Positions 41,100-55,594 of a stretch of 64,000 nucleotides of DNA are shown piece by piece. This DNA is from Chrysomallon squamiferum (Eukaryota > Animalia > Mollusca): the NCBI GenBank assembly GCA_012295275.1, contig CM022676.1, positions 2,914,001-2,978,000 on the forward strand. The letters run 5' to 3'. The notes under the pieces were generated by a model. That model saw only the letters and a program-made list of their open reading frames with translations. It was not told the origin of the DNA and ran no database searches. Position 1 is the stretch's first letter, and each line of letters begins with the position of its first letter. Made by a program: the position numbers and the translations under genes.

Positions 41100-41924
41100 T
41101 AAATATTATTATTATAAAAATTATGTTCAAAATAAATATTTAATTTCATTACCAATAACTGAAAATTAATTTTGTCAAACTCTTCTTAATACTTTAAGGA
41201 TCAGTGTTTGTGTAAGAGTTATCTTCACTGAAACATTAGCTCACAAAACGCAGGTCAAAGTTCGAGTGGAAAACTTTTAAAAACACTTAATTACATCAAT
41301 AATCATCTCAATGGTAAAGTTATTTTTTAATTAGTTTTCATAAAATAAAATTAGGAATAAATTAAGACGATAACTGAGGCTTATCATTATATCTAAAAGT
41401 GTAATTTCTAAATTGAAATTAGTATCTATTGTTTTGTTTCCCTGGATTCCGCGGGATGTTTACAGGGAAGCAATTTACAAACAGGACAGACCGCTAAAGG
41501 TGAAAAGTCTAGAAGGTAAGTTTTTACTTGTGTTAGAAACAAAGATTTTTTCCGATTACCGCCTTTGTCTGTAGATACCTAATAATCTGTTTAAAACAAA
41601 TGCAGTGAAGTGTTGGTTATTTCAGTATTTGTCTGTTCACAGTTGTTAGCATTGTTGTCTCTTCGCCATTGCTTGTCGCCATATCCACTGCGTCAGCAAA
41701 CGAAAGTGTGAAGCTGACATCTAGTTCAGCTAAAATATCATTCAGAGCATCAAATGTAGATAGATATCAGTTTTACCTTCTGGTTTTATTTCTATTATTA
41801 GCAACTGGGAAACACCCCATTACCCGCGACTTCAGTAAAGAATGTATGAGATCGAGTTTGTCACGTAGTACAGTGACCTAGTTAACAATTATTATCGAAC
41901 TTTACCTTCGAGAAAGGTCGCCGC

Positions 41925-41962
<38 letters not shown>

Positions 41963-42079
41963 TAATAATAATAATGAAAAAGAGAATGATAAAAGTATTA
42001 AAAAATAATGATAATATGAAGTAAAAGTTAGGAAAAAATCCAACAATATACCACTCACCCACCAAAAATAAATAAATAA

Positions 42080-42110
<31 letters not shown>

Positions 42111-42840
42111 AAAAAAAAAAAAAAAAAAAAAATTAAACAATTGAAAATAATGGAAGTATTATTACATTTTTTTTTCTTTTTAAATTTAAAAAGTTAAAAA
42201 TTAAAAGAATTTAAATAAAGAATAAACCCAAATTATCTGAGTAAAGTATCAGTTATAACATGGGAGATCTGAGATTATTCTGGATGTAAATGTTTAATTT
42301 CATTACCAAGGAAAATAATTTTATCTTCCCTGAAACGCCTAGATCATAAAAAACAGGTCAAAGTTCGGATGGATAACTTTTAAAAAATAAAACTACTCAA
42401 TTACCTTAATAATTATTTCACTGGTAAAGTGATTTTTGATTTATTTTCATAAAATGAAAATAGGAATAAATTAAGATGATAACTAGTACTTATCATTATT
42501 TCTAAAAGAGTTAATTTGAAATTGAAAGTAGTATTGATTGCTTTGTTTTCCTTGAAAAAAGTCAGATGTTTCCTAGGAAGTAATTTACATGCAGGACACA
42601 CTTGTGAAGGTGACGTTTCTAGAAGGTAAGTTTTTCTTTTCGTTAGAAACAAAGATTTTTCTTATTACTGATTTTTCGTAACGTAATTGTCTCTTTAAAA
42701 CAAATACAGGTAATAGTGGTTATTTGTTGAAGGTTTGTATACTAAAGAATACTGAATGTATATAATGATTTTTGTCACGTAGTACCGTGCTCTTCTCATA
42801 AATGTTTATCAAAATGTACCTTCGAGAAGATGCGCCGTTA
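41100..42840 (+). repeat. Upstream module block of copy 5
   Basis: Donors at 41516 and 42626; CAGGTCAAAGTTCG at 41251 and 42354. Confidence 0.75.
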
Positions 42841-42850
42841 TAATAATAGA

Positions 42851-42900
<50 letters not shown>

Positions 42901-43377
42901 TACCGATAATAATAATAATGTTAATGAGGGTAATAATAATGATAATAATACAAAAAATTTATAGTGATGATAATGATGATGGTAATGATGATGATAATGA
43001 TAATAATATTGATAATAATAATAATAAGAAGAAGAAGAAGAAGAAGAAGAAAAAAGAAGAAAAAGAAGACCAAGATGATGATGAGGAAGAAAATGATTAT
43101 TCAAATAATAAGCAAATAAATAAATACATTTTAAAACACAACTGAACCGTGAGAAATTGATAATAAATAAAGCTACATTTATATTCTGTATTAATACAGT
43201 GTTACTGAAAGCACACTCCAGCAAAAATAAATACATATGAAAACACAGACACACACAAATACACACACACATTATGACAATAAATGAAAAGAAAAGAAAG
43301 AGCTACAGATTAACAATAGCAGCTTTTTGTGCGTCTGTGACTCGTTCGCTGATGTCGTTATCACGTAAAGCTGCCGA

Positions 43378-43476
<99 letters not shown>

Positions 43477-43610
43477 ACTCTCTCTCTCTCACATATACAC
43501 ACACATGCACACACAGAGACTCTCAGAAAGGTACACAGTTTTTTGTTTATTTACTTTAAAATAAATATTATTTTCTGTTGTTATCATTTTATTCATTCAG
43601 TGATAACAAA

Positions 43611-43998
43611 ATGGCTGCAGCAGAAGTAACAACCAATCAAGAAACAGAAGTAAAATCTACTTCCGGTTTTGTTGATAACTGGCAGCATGAACGAACTATC
43701 CTTGAAAGTCTCCGATATTCTCTCAAGGAAAACATTCTCTGTGACGTCACATTCATTGTCGGAGATGACAGGACACGTATCCAAGCTCACAAGTTGATAC
43801 TCAGTCTGCGCAGCCGTGTATTTCAGGCCATGTTGACAGGAGATCTGAAAGAACAGGATGATATTGTAATCCCAGACATTGAAGCAGAAATTTTTCACTT
43901 GTTTTTAGAGTAAGAGATTATCCAGTTTATTTGATTTTTTAACAAATTTATTTATTTATTTGTTTATTAATATTGATAATAATAATAATTATAATAAA

Positions 43999-44036
<38 letters not shown>

Positions 44037-45408
44037 GATTATTATTATTATTTTATCTTATGATAATGCATGCAGAAATATCTATTATATGCATATAAGT
44101 GTCTATGTTTGTGTCCATGTATGTATGTGTGTATGTATGTAGGTACGTACGGGTGCATGTGTGTATGTATTTAATGTAATTTATCACTAGAAATATCTGT
44201 TGTCCGTATGAATATGTTTGCGGGCATGTATTTATGCATTCTACTATATGTATGTGTGTTAAGTTATGAGTATATAAGTATGTAGTTATATATGTATGTA
44301 TGTATATTTATGTGTTTGTGTTTGTGTGTCAGTTTATTTATCTAAAAAAACCTAAATATTTTCCAGATATCTTTATACTGATGAAACGGACTTTAAAGAC
44401 GACAATGTCATTCGATTATTGTACCTTGCCAGGAAGTATGACGTCATTCATTTAGAAAAGAGATGTCTTCACTATCTTGAAACGGAAATCAAGACAAACA
44501 ACGCATGCGTCCTATTGGAAGAAACTCACATCTATAAACAAGATGATTTCATGAAAATGTGTCTCAGATATATTTGGGAAAATGGCGAAGCTGTACTGAA
44601 TTCACAGAGTTTCACAGATCTCTGTCGTGAATGTTTAGGAAAGATAATTGAATCTGATGATCTGAACACCACTGAGGAGACAGTTTTTCAATCCTGCGTG
44701 AAATGGAGTGAAGCTGAGTGCAGACGAGAGGAAAAAGAAATAACAGCAGAAAACCAACGTGAAGTGCTGGGAAAAGAGCTGAACCTCATTCGCTTTCCTC
44801 TTGTCGAGAGAGAATATTTTGAAGACAAGATTCTGCCCACAGATCTTTTGTCTGAATCTGAAGGATTCAGAATTATGCGTTCGTATATCTACCCAGAGAA
44901 AGATGTTTCAGGTTTCAGCAAAAGCCGCAGAGTTGGTACAAAGAATGAGTTAATCAAAATTGAGAGATTTACAAATGTTTGTTTGAGCTCGATTTTTGAG
45001 AAAGTTGACATGTTTTACGATGCAGTTACATTTTGTTTAAACTCGGATGCTGCTCTGACAGGTTTTAGTATTATAAGGGTTACACTAGAGAAAAAATCAA
45101 AACTCAGTGCCAGTGTTTGTGAAGTTTCCACAGACGTAGAGGTGCCAGGATCTTCAGTAAGTAAAGAAACCGACACGACTGGTTTAGATATTTCTTTCCC
45201 AAGTCCTTTAGCGATAAAGAAAGACACACAGTATAACCTGATTGTTCAAACTCGAGGAAGGGTTACATATAAGACAATGAACAGACAAGGTGAGATACGT
45301 GAAGGCTTTCTGAAGTGTACATTCTCAGACTACAAATCATGTTCTCACACTCCTAAATCATATCAATCTAAAACAAACTTGATATCGCGATTAAAATTCC
45401 TCGTTTGA
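43611..45408 (+). CDS. BTB-BACK-PHR protein, copy 5; exons 43611-43909 and 44367-45408, 446 aa
   Basis: Same splice sites and phase; intact frame. Confidence 0.92.
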
Positions 45409-46451
45409 ATTTGATTCACGTTTTATTTATAAAATATGTTATTGCAGTAGCAATCATATATTATAAATACATATATACATCATATTACTATTCGCAGCAG
45501 TATGATTAGTATGAAAAAAGGTGAAAACAATAATGCACAAACAATGCGGAAATTTTAAAGACAAAATGCAATACTTGCGGACGAGCAATTTCACTTTCTT
45601 TTCGGTAGAACGTTATGATTTTACATTCAGAACAACAAAGAAGATGAAGTCGAACTGATTGAAAAAAGCCTGGATTAACTTTTTTATTTAAATTAACTTT
45701 GCAGTGATCATTTTAATTGTTGTTTTATATAATAGTGTTATAATGAATTTTATTGTCTCGTAATTTATGACTGTTCCTGTGTTATTTTGGAAACATTTAT
45801 CATAGTAACGTGTCATCTCATTGGTTTAATCATGGTCTTAACTCCGATTGCGGGATAGAGCGAAGAAAAAATGGAAATCACTCTGAATAATAGCACAGCT
45901 GATTTCTCCAGAGTTACATACTAATAATTTATTGATTTTCTAATTTTTAATTTTATTTTTTTTTAATTATTTCTGTTCAGAAGAAGTATTGTAATTTTAT
46001 TGTTAAAGATTGCTGAGGAAAGATTTAGTACTTTGATGTTTTTTTTATTTTTTTTAAATTTTATTATTATTTTCGAGACTGGATTATATTTTTGACTGAT
46101 AAAGTATTCATTATAATTGCAGTTCTAAAACAAACGAATGAATAATTATATATATAAACATGTCTGTAATATAAAATATACTATCCTACCCCACTACACT
46201 GCATTATATAGTATACTATGTATACTGTGCTATTCTATACTATACTATTCTATACTATCTAATGTATACTATACATTACTAATCTATACTATACTATAAA
46301 ATGCTACTCTATAAATTAATTATTGTTGTACTTTTCCTTTGAATTACACAATATAAAATTTAATAGTAAAGTAGCCCTTACATTTGGAAAAATTACAAAT
46401 AATTATTTTTATTTTTATTGCGAATATACATTTTGTTTTTAATAATTACAG

Positions 46452-46525
46452 CTTTTGGATCCTGGTTCACCTTTCTGACCTTTCTGTCCCTGTTCTCCTT
46501 TTGAATCGGGAAGTCCTTTGAGGCC
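46452..46525 (-). pseudogene. Collagen (Gly-X-Y) exon fragment, truncated
   Basis: After acceptor CCTACACAG it reads GLKGLPDSKGEQGQKGQKGEPGSK, then runs into array flank sequence. Confidence 0.8.
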
Positions 46526-47074
46526 CTGTGTAGGATAACAAGAGAAGTAAAATAAAATAAGCATTATTGCTGATAAATATTCAATACTTTAAAGAACCTT
46601 TATGTTTATTGGAAGATTCGAGAATGTACGTATTAACCATTGATATAGATGTTAAGTTGTATTCTTCAGAGGGAGTTGTTTGTATGTTAGAGAATTAGTG
46701 GCTTTGAAGTACACAGAAGTATCAGAATTGTAGTAGTAGTAGTGGTAGTAGTAGTAGGAGTAGTAGTTGTTGTTGTAATAATGGAAGCAGGAGTAGCAGT
46801 TCTAGTAAAAGTAGTAATAGTTGTACAAGAAGTAGTATTAGTAGTTGATGTAGTAGTAGTAGAAGTTGTAGCCGTTGGTATTTGTGATGGTAGTAATAAC
46901 GACACAACTACTACTACTACTACTACTACTACTATCACATGCAGCTGCTGTTAGTGCTGCTACTACTACTTCTACTATTACTTTTTATATCATTATATCT
47001 GTACACAAGTAACGCCAAATAATAATAACAACAACAACAACAACAATAATAATAATAATACTTTTATTCATTGC

Positions 47075-47186
47075 TTTTCTTCATCTCCTTTTATTCCTTT
47101 TTGACCCTTTTCTCCTTTTTGACCTCTGGATTCTGGGTCTCCTTTCTGACCTTTTGACCCTTTTGTACCTGTGTCACCCTTAGGTC
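47075..47186 (-). pseudogene. Collagen (Gly-X-Y) exon fragment
   Basis: After acceptor TTTAACAG the minus strand reads (G)PKGDTGTKGSKGQKGDPESRGQKGEKGQKGIKGDEEKQ*, with Gly-position substitutions. Confidence 0.8.
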
Positions 47187-47379
47187 CTGTTAAATAGTAG
47201 CTGATATAGTAACAAATACGGTGAAATTATTGTTATATGCTGAATGTATGCAACGAAAAAGAAATGAAGAAAACAAACAGCAACAACAAACAACAAAAAT
47301 AAACTAAGAAACTAAAAAATCAAGCTATAACAACACAAAAACAACAACAAAGAAAAAAAAGATAAAAATAATTATTATG

Positions 47380-48535
47380 TTTGCATACTCAGATAAGAAA
47401 AGGCAGGTGAAAGGTTGAGTGGAAAACTTTTGAAAATAAAAACACTCAAATACATTAATAATTATCTCTTTTACTTTAGTTCACTTAAAATAAAATTTAG
47501 AAGATATCTATTGCTTATTATTATATTTAAAAGTGTAAATTTAAATTCGAAACTTGTATTCATTGTTTTGTTTTCCTGGAAACCGCGATATGTTTACTAT
47601 GAAGTAATGTACACACACGACACACTTCTAAGGTGACATTTCTACAAGTTTTTCTTGGTGTTAGAAACAAAGACGTTTCTTATTACTGATTTTTGTGTAG
47701 ACACCCTGCCAAACCTAATTGTTTATTTAAAACAAATGAAGTGAAATAGTGATTATTTGTTGAAAGATTTCAGTGTATTTTGTAAGTATATATATATATC
47801 ATGAATACAGAATGTATGTAATGATTTTTGTCACGTACTACAATGACCTCCTTAACAGTGATTATCAAAATTTATCAAAATTATTGTGGACATAAATATT
47901 TGATTTCATTACCAAGAAAAATAATGTCGAAGATTTCGTAATATTGTAATAATTAATATTTGTGTAAGAGTTATCTTTCCTGAAACACCTAGATCACAAA
48001 AAGCAGGTTGAAGTTCGGATGAATAACTTTTAAAAGTAAATATTCTTAATTATCTTAATAACTATTTCAGTCATAAAGTGATTTTTTATTTAGTTTTCAT
48101 AAAATAAAATTAGGAATAAATTAAGATGATAACTACTATTTATCATTATTTCTAAAAGAGTTAATTTGAAATTGAAAGTAGTATTTATTGCTTTCTTTTC
48201 CTTGAAAAAGTCAGATGATTACTAGGAAGTAATTTACATACAGGACACACTGCTGAAGGTGAGGTTTCTAGAAGGTAAGTTTATCTTTTCGTTAGAAACA
48301 AAGATTTTCATATTACTGATTTTTCTGTAGATATATTTTGAAACCTGATTATGCATTTAAAACAAATACAGTGAAATAGTGGTTATTTGTTGAAGGTATG
48401 CTGTGTGTTTTGGATGTAAACATAAAGAACAGAAATATCTGTAAACGATTTTACCACGTAGTACTGTGACCTAGTTAACAATGTTATCAAACTTTACCTT
48501 CGAGAATATTCGACGCTGAGACGTCGGAAAAAAAG

Positions 48536-48574
<39 letters not shown>

Positions 48575-48752
48575 TGATAATAATAGTAATAATAATAATA
48601 ATCAAAAATAAATAAATAAATAAATGAAAAGTAAAAGAAAAAAGAAAAGTACAGCTACAATAAGAGAACAACAGCAGAAACAAGAGAAAAACAAAGAAAG
48701 ACAAAAAAGTCCTGATTAAACTGACATTTAGACATCTGAGCAACACGCTGAA

Positions 48753-48817
<65 letters not shown>

Positions 48818-50310
48818 CAATAATATAGAAATAATAACAAAGAAACGCCACCATCTAAAAAGCTCCAATATAACAAAAACAACAAGAATAATAAAAAAAA
48901 AAAACACAAAAAAAACCTCTGGAACATCTGAGTTTACTCACTGAAAATACATATTTAATTTTATTACCCACTCCGACGAAGACGACATCCTCCTCTTTAA
49001 TTTACACACAGCACACTTTGCTGAAGAGGTTATGTGTTAAAGGTGTGCAATGTGTATTGGATGTACATGTAATGAATACAGGGGAGGATCAGTCTTTAGA
49101 TAAGGAATGTTTGCGATACAATAACTAAATGTTCCTAATTTGAAATTATAAATTTTACACCATATCCACTGCATCAGCAAAGCAAAGTGTGAAGTTGACA
49201 TCTAGTTCAGCTAAAATGTCATTCAGATCTTCAAATATAGACGGATATCAGTTTTATTTATTTAATTTATTTCTTAGCAACTGGGAAACACCCCATAATC
49301 CGCCCCTAGAGTAAAGTGTTTGAGATCGAGTTTGTCACGTACTACAGTGACTTAGTTAACAATTATTATCTAACTTTACCCTCGAGAAAGCTCGCCGCTA
49401 TAATAATAATAATAATAATAACAATAATAATAATAATAATAATAATAAAGAGAATGATAAAAGTATTAAAAATTAAATAATATAAAGTAAAATTAAGGGG
49501 GAAAAGTCCAAGAAAAGAACCCTTCCACATCGAGAAAAATAAAATAATAAAATAAACAATTGAAAAGAAGGGAAGAAAAAAAATTAAATTGAAAAAAATA
49601 AAAATTAAAAGAAATTAAATAAAGAGTAAATTATATTTAAAAAATTAAAAAACCCAGATTATCTTAGTAAACTATCCGCTATAACACGGCAGATCTGAGA
49701 TTATTATGGATATAAACATTTAATTTCATTACCAAGAAAAATAATTTTGTCACTTGGTTCTTAAGGGTTTAACGATCAATGTGTAAGAGTTATCTTCCCT
49801 GAAACGCCTCGATCATAAAAACTGGGCCAAAGTTCGGATGGATAACTTTTAAAAAATAAAACTACTCAATTACCTTAATAATTCTTTCAATGGTAAAGTT
49901 ATTCATAATTTAGTTTTTATAAACAAATTTAGGGATAAATTAAGACGATAACTAGTACTTATCATTATTTCTAAAAGAGTAAGTTTAAAATTAAAAGTAG
50001 TATTTATTGCTTTGTTTTCCTTGAAAAAGTCAGATGATTACTAGGAAGTAATTTACATACATAGAGCTCACACTGCTCAAGGTGACGTTTCTAGAAGGTA
50101 AGTTTTTCTTTTCGTTAGAAACAAAATTTTTTCTTATTACTGATTTTTCGTAACGTAATTGTCTCTTTAAAACAAATACAGGTAATAGTGGTTATTTGTT
50201 GAAGGTTTATAAACTAAACAATACTGAATGGATATAATGAATTTTGTCACGTAGTACCGTGATCTTCTCATAAATGTTTATAAAAATGTACCTTCGAGAA
50301 AATGCACCGT
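47380..50310 (+). repeat. Upstream module block of copy 6 (3 copies)
   Basis: Donors at 48275 and 50098; the first copy has lost the donor near 47647; DR1-like motif degenerate in all three. Confidence 0.75.
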
Positions 50311-50374
<64 letters not shown>

Positions 50375-50574
50375 GTAATAATAATAATGTTAATGAGGGT
50401 AATAATAATGATAATAATACAAAAAAATTATAATGATGATAATGATGATGAGGAAGAAAATGAATATTCAAATAATAAATAAATAAATAAATTTAAAAAT
50501 GATAATAATATTGATAATAATAATAATGATAATAATAATAATAATAATAATAAGAAGAAGAAGAAGAAGAAGAA

Positions 50575-50606
<32 letters not shown>

Positions 50607-51107
50607 GGAAGAAAATGAATATTCAAATAATAAGTAAATAAATAAATAAGTAAATAAATAAATAGATAAATTTGAAAGTAATTTATTAATTTTAATTACA
50701 GGCAGAGATGAGTCGGGTAAAACAAAGAACAAGGGAAAGATTAGAATAATATTTAAACAAATCTTTATTTAGCTACATTTATATTCTATATTAGTACAGT
50801 GTTACTGAAAGCACACTCCAGCAAACTTAAATACATATGTATACACACACACGCACGCACACATCATGACAATATATGAAACAAAGTTTAGAATGGTACC
50901 GAGTTCGTTTTATTGTTACGACAAAGAAAAAAGAAAAAGAAAAAAAAAAGCTACAGATTAACAATAGCAGCTTTTTGTCCAGTTCATCTGTCGTATGGAA
51001 GAAAATTGTAAAACAAGTCTACAAATAAAAGCTTGGTTTATGGTTAACTTGACCTTGAACATGTGTATCAGTGACTGGGTCGCTGATGTCGTTATCACGT
51101 AAAGCTG

Positions 51108-51182
<75 letters not shown>

Positions 51183-51264
51183 GCACACACTTCTTTTGTT
51201 TACTTACTTTAAAATAAATATTCATTTTTTGTTGTTACTATTTTATTAATTCAGTGATAACAAA

Positions 51265-52065
51265 ATGGCTGCAGCAGAAGCTGATACTGTGGATGATGTA
51301 GTAAACGCTGAAGTCCAGGCCGTGGATGATGTAAACACCCCTCGAGAAACAGAAGTAAAAAATACTTCAGGTTTTGTTGATGACTGGCAACATGAACGAA
51401 CTATCATTGAAAGTCTCCGATATTCTCTCAAAGAAAACATTCTCTGTGACGTCACATTCATTGTCGGAGAGGACAGGACACGTATCCAAGCTCACAAGTT
51501 GATACTCAGTCTGCGCAGCTATGTGTTTCAAGCCATGTTGACAGGAGAGCTGAAAGAACAGGGTGATATTGTAATCCCAGACACTGAAGCAGAAATTTTT
51601 CACTTGTTTTTAGAGTAAGGAATTATCCATTTTATTTTATTTTTTAATTAATTAATTAATATGTATGTATGTTTGTATGTATGTATGTATGTATGTATGT
51701 ATGTATGTATGTATGTATGTATGAATGAATGTATGTATGTATGTGTGTATGCATATTATATGCATATATGTGTATGTATATATGTATGTATTTTAGCATC
51801 TGAACGTCTCTGTCTTATGTACGTCTGAATGAATGTTTACGTCAATACATGTATGTGTGCGTATGTATGTATATATGTACGTATGCGTGTATTATAATAT
51901 GTATGTTATGCGTTTGTGTCTGTAAACATATTTTTGTGTATGTATGTGCGTATTCAATGTGTGTATTTAGAATTTCCTTTTCGAAATTGTTTCTTCCTTT
52001 CATTTTTATTTTTTTTACCAATTTTTTTTTATTTTCATGATAATGCTTGCAGAGATATGTATATA

Positions 52066-52096
<31 letters not shown>

Positions 52097-52362
52097 TGTA
52101 TCTATGTATATCTGTAGGTAGGTATGTGTGTTCTATATAATATACATGTATGTATGTATATTTGTATGTATTTTAGCATCTGAATTTGTCTGTTTTATGT
52201 ACGTCTGTATGAATGTTTGCGTGAATATAGAACTATTATATATAACAATAACACTTCTATAGGTATGTATACGTATTATTGCACGTATTTATATATTTTT
52301 GAATGTGTCTGTGTCTGTATGTATATGTATGTATGCATGCATGTATATATGTATGTTTCTAC

Positions 52363-52397
<35 letters not shown>

Positions 52398-53511
52398 TGT
52401 TTAACTATTTTTCGTTTTATTTTCCAGATTTCTTTATACCGATGAAACGGACTTTAAAGCCGACAACGTCATCCGGTTATTGTACCTTGCCAGGAAGTAT
52501 GACGTCATTCATCTAGAAAACAGATGTCTTAACTACATTGAAACGGAAATGACGGAAGAAGACGCATGCTTCGTACTCGAAGAAACCCACACTTATAAAC
52601 AAGACGATTTCACAGAATCGTGTCTCAGATGTCTTTGGGTAAACGGCGAAACTGTACTGAATTCAGAGAGTTTCACAGATCTCTGTAATGAATGTCTAGG
52701 AAAGATAATTGAACCTGATGATCTGAACGCCACTGAGGAGACAGTTTTTCAGTCATGCATGAAATGGAGTGAAGCTGAGTGTAAACGACAGGAAAAAGAA
52801 ATAACAGCAGAAAACGAACGTGAAATGCTGGGAAAAGAGCTGTACCTCATTCGCTTTCCTCTTCTCGACTCAGAGTATTTTGAAAACACGATAATGTCTA
52901 AAACTCTTTTAAATGAATCTGAGAAATTACAAATTGTATCCTGCTATGTCTCTCCAGAGAAAGAGGTGTCATTTTTCAGCAAGAGCCGCAGAGTTGGAAC
53001 AAAGAAGAAACTAATCGAAATTGACAGATTTACAGATGTTTGTTTGAAGACCATATTTAATGAAAGTTGTGAGTGCTATGATGCAGTAACATTTTGTTTA
53101 AACACGCCCGCTGCTCTTAAAGGGTTTAGTATTCTCACTTTTGTAGAAAAGAAGAAATCAGTTACAATCAAAGCCAGTGTCTGTGAAGTTTTAACAGATG
53201 TGATGGTGCCAGAATCCTCACTAGAGAAAACAATCGACGAGTCTATTTTTCACATTGATTTTCCAAGTCCTTTAGAGATAAAGAAAGACACACAGTATAA
53301 TCTGATTGTTCATGCTGAAGGAAAAGTTGGATACAAAACGGAGAACAGACAAGGTGAGATACGTGAAGGATTTCTGAAGTGTACGTTGTCAGATTCTAAA
53401 GAATGTTCTCATTATCGTCAGTTCTGCCTAGGAAATATGTGGTATTTCTTTCGATCTTGGCATGGTAAAAAGAAAGCAAGCTTGATATCGCGATTAAAAT
53501 TTCTCGTGTGA
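51265..53511 (+). CDS. BTB-BACK-PHR protein, copy 6; exons 51265-51614 and 52428-53511, 477 aa
   Basis: Same splice sites and phase; intact frame with an in-frame insertion near the C-terminus. Confidence 0.92.
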
Positions 53512-54253
53512 ATCTTTGTAAATCGAAATTAGATTTACTATGATTACGAAATGTGTCATTGTTATAACAGTCATAGATTATAAATTATAGGTATACACAT
53601 TATTACTACTAATATTATGAATATCCTATTAAAACACATACTCATAGAGTGATAAAAAGACATACAAACGTAAATACACTCTGAAATATACACATATATT
53701 GATAAACACTCATACACTCACAAACACATATACACATGCACATACACTCATAAATGCACATGCACAGACTCAGCTGGTCACAAAACATAAAACAAAGACA
53801 TTAATAACAGCAATAGAAACTAGAAGAAAAGTTGAAAACAATAACACACAAACAATGTGAACATTTCAAAGACCAATGGATTACTTACGGAATAGGAATT
53901 TCAATTTCGTTTCGGTAGCAAATTTAGATTTTACATTCAGAAGAAACAACTTGACGTCAACTGACTGAAGAAAGCCAGGATTAACATTTTGTATATTAAC
54001 TTTGCAGTGATAATTTTAACTGTTGTTTTAGATAATAATTTTATTATTAATTTAATTGTCTCATAATTTATGACTGTTCGTGTGTTACTTTGGAAACATT
54101 TATCATAGTAACGTGTCATCTGTGTGTTTTAATCATGGTTTTACAAAATAGTTTGTTTTAACTCCGATTCCGGGACAGAGCGAAGAAACAAGGGAAATCA
54201 CTGAGGGATAAGAACACAACTGATTTCTCCAGAGTTACATACTAATTTTTTTT

Positions 54254-54291
<38 letters not shown>

Positions 54292-55497
54292 GTTTATATT
54301 TGAAAATAATTTCTGTTCAAAAGAAGTATGCTAGTTTTATTGTTAAAGAGTGCTGAGAAAAGATTTAGTACTTTATTGTTTCTTTATTTTTAATTTTTTA
54401 AAATTATGTTATTATTATTTTCGTGACTGTGGATTATAATATTTTTGATTGATAAGGTAATTAATTATATTTGCAGTTCTAAAACGAACGAATGAATAGT
54501 AATAATATATATATATATATATATAAACATGTCTGTAATCTAAAATATTATACTATCCTATTCCATGCTAACCCATTACACTGCACTGTACTATACTATA
54601 CGATAGTATACTATCTACACTGTGCTATACTATACTAGACTATACTATTCGATACTATCTAATCTCTACTATACTGTACTATAATATGCTATACTATAAA
54701 TTAATTATTGTTGTACTTTTCCTTTGAATTAAAAAATATGAAATTTAATAGTAAAGTTGCCTTTACATTTTGAAAAAATTACAATTAATTATTTTTATTT
54801 TTATTGCAAATATATATTTTGTTTTTAATAATTACAGCTTATGTTAAATAAATAACTGTTTCATTTTAAAAGTTATATTTAAATGTCAGTTAAAACTATT
54901 TATAGACAATAATATAATTATTTTTGTTGCATTTTAAAGTGTAGGATTCAGTAAATGTTTGTATACCTATATTTGTGTTTTAGAGTGTTACAGAATGTAA
55001 TCATAATGTATTTTGAAAATAGACGTTTCAAACGATTTGGGATTTTAGATTCGGTTAAAAAAATATTAGTGGATAATAATCTAAGTTTATTTCTATTATT
55101 ATTTCATTTTATGATACTATTATTATTACTCTTTTAATGTTTTGTTTTCTTTCTTTCTCAACGTGAATTCTAATAGTTTGTAATAATATTGTATTTACAT
55201 ACGTAAGTTTTAATGGTAGGTAGCAATAACAGTTGTTCATTTTAGCTTAATAAAATATTTCCAGATAATAACGAATTTTGTTTTGTTTTTTTTCAAAATT
55301 TTAAAACGAGTAATTGTTGCTGAACTTTGGTTTTCATTTTGCTATAAAATGTTAGGGCTATTTTAAGAATCATGTGAAATTCATAAACTGACAACAGACA
55401 GGTAGGTAGACAGAGAGAGAGACAGATAACTAGAGAAAACATCTCAAAAATAAAATTCTTCGAACGTACTAGAAGGAAGCAGTATGAAGAACAATAG

Positions 55498-55594
<97 letters not shown>

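Noticed and set aside
46687-46954. Thr-rich mucin-like ORF (also 63603-63839)
   Set aside because: Degenerate (GTA)n repeat inside the captured collagen intron; no clear splice sites.
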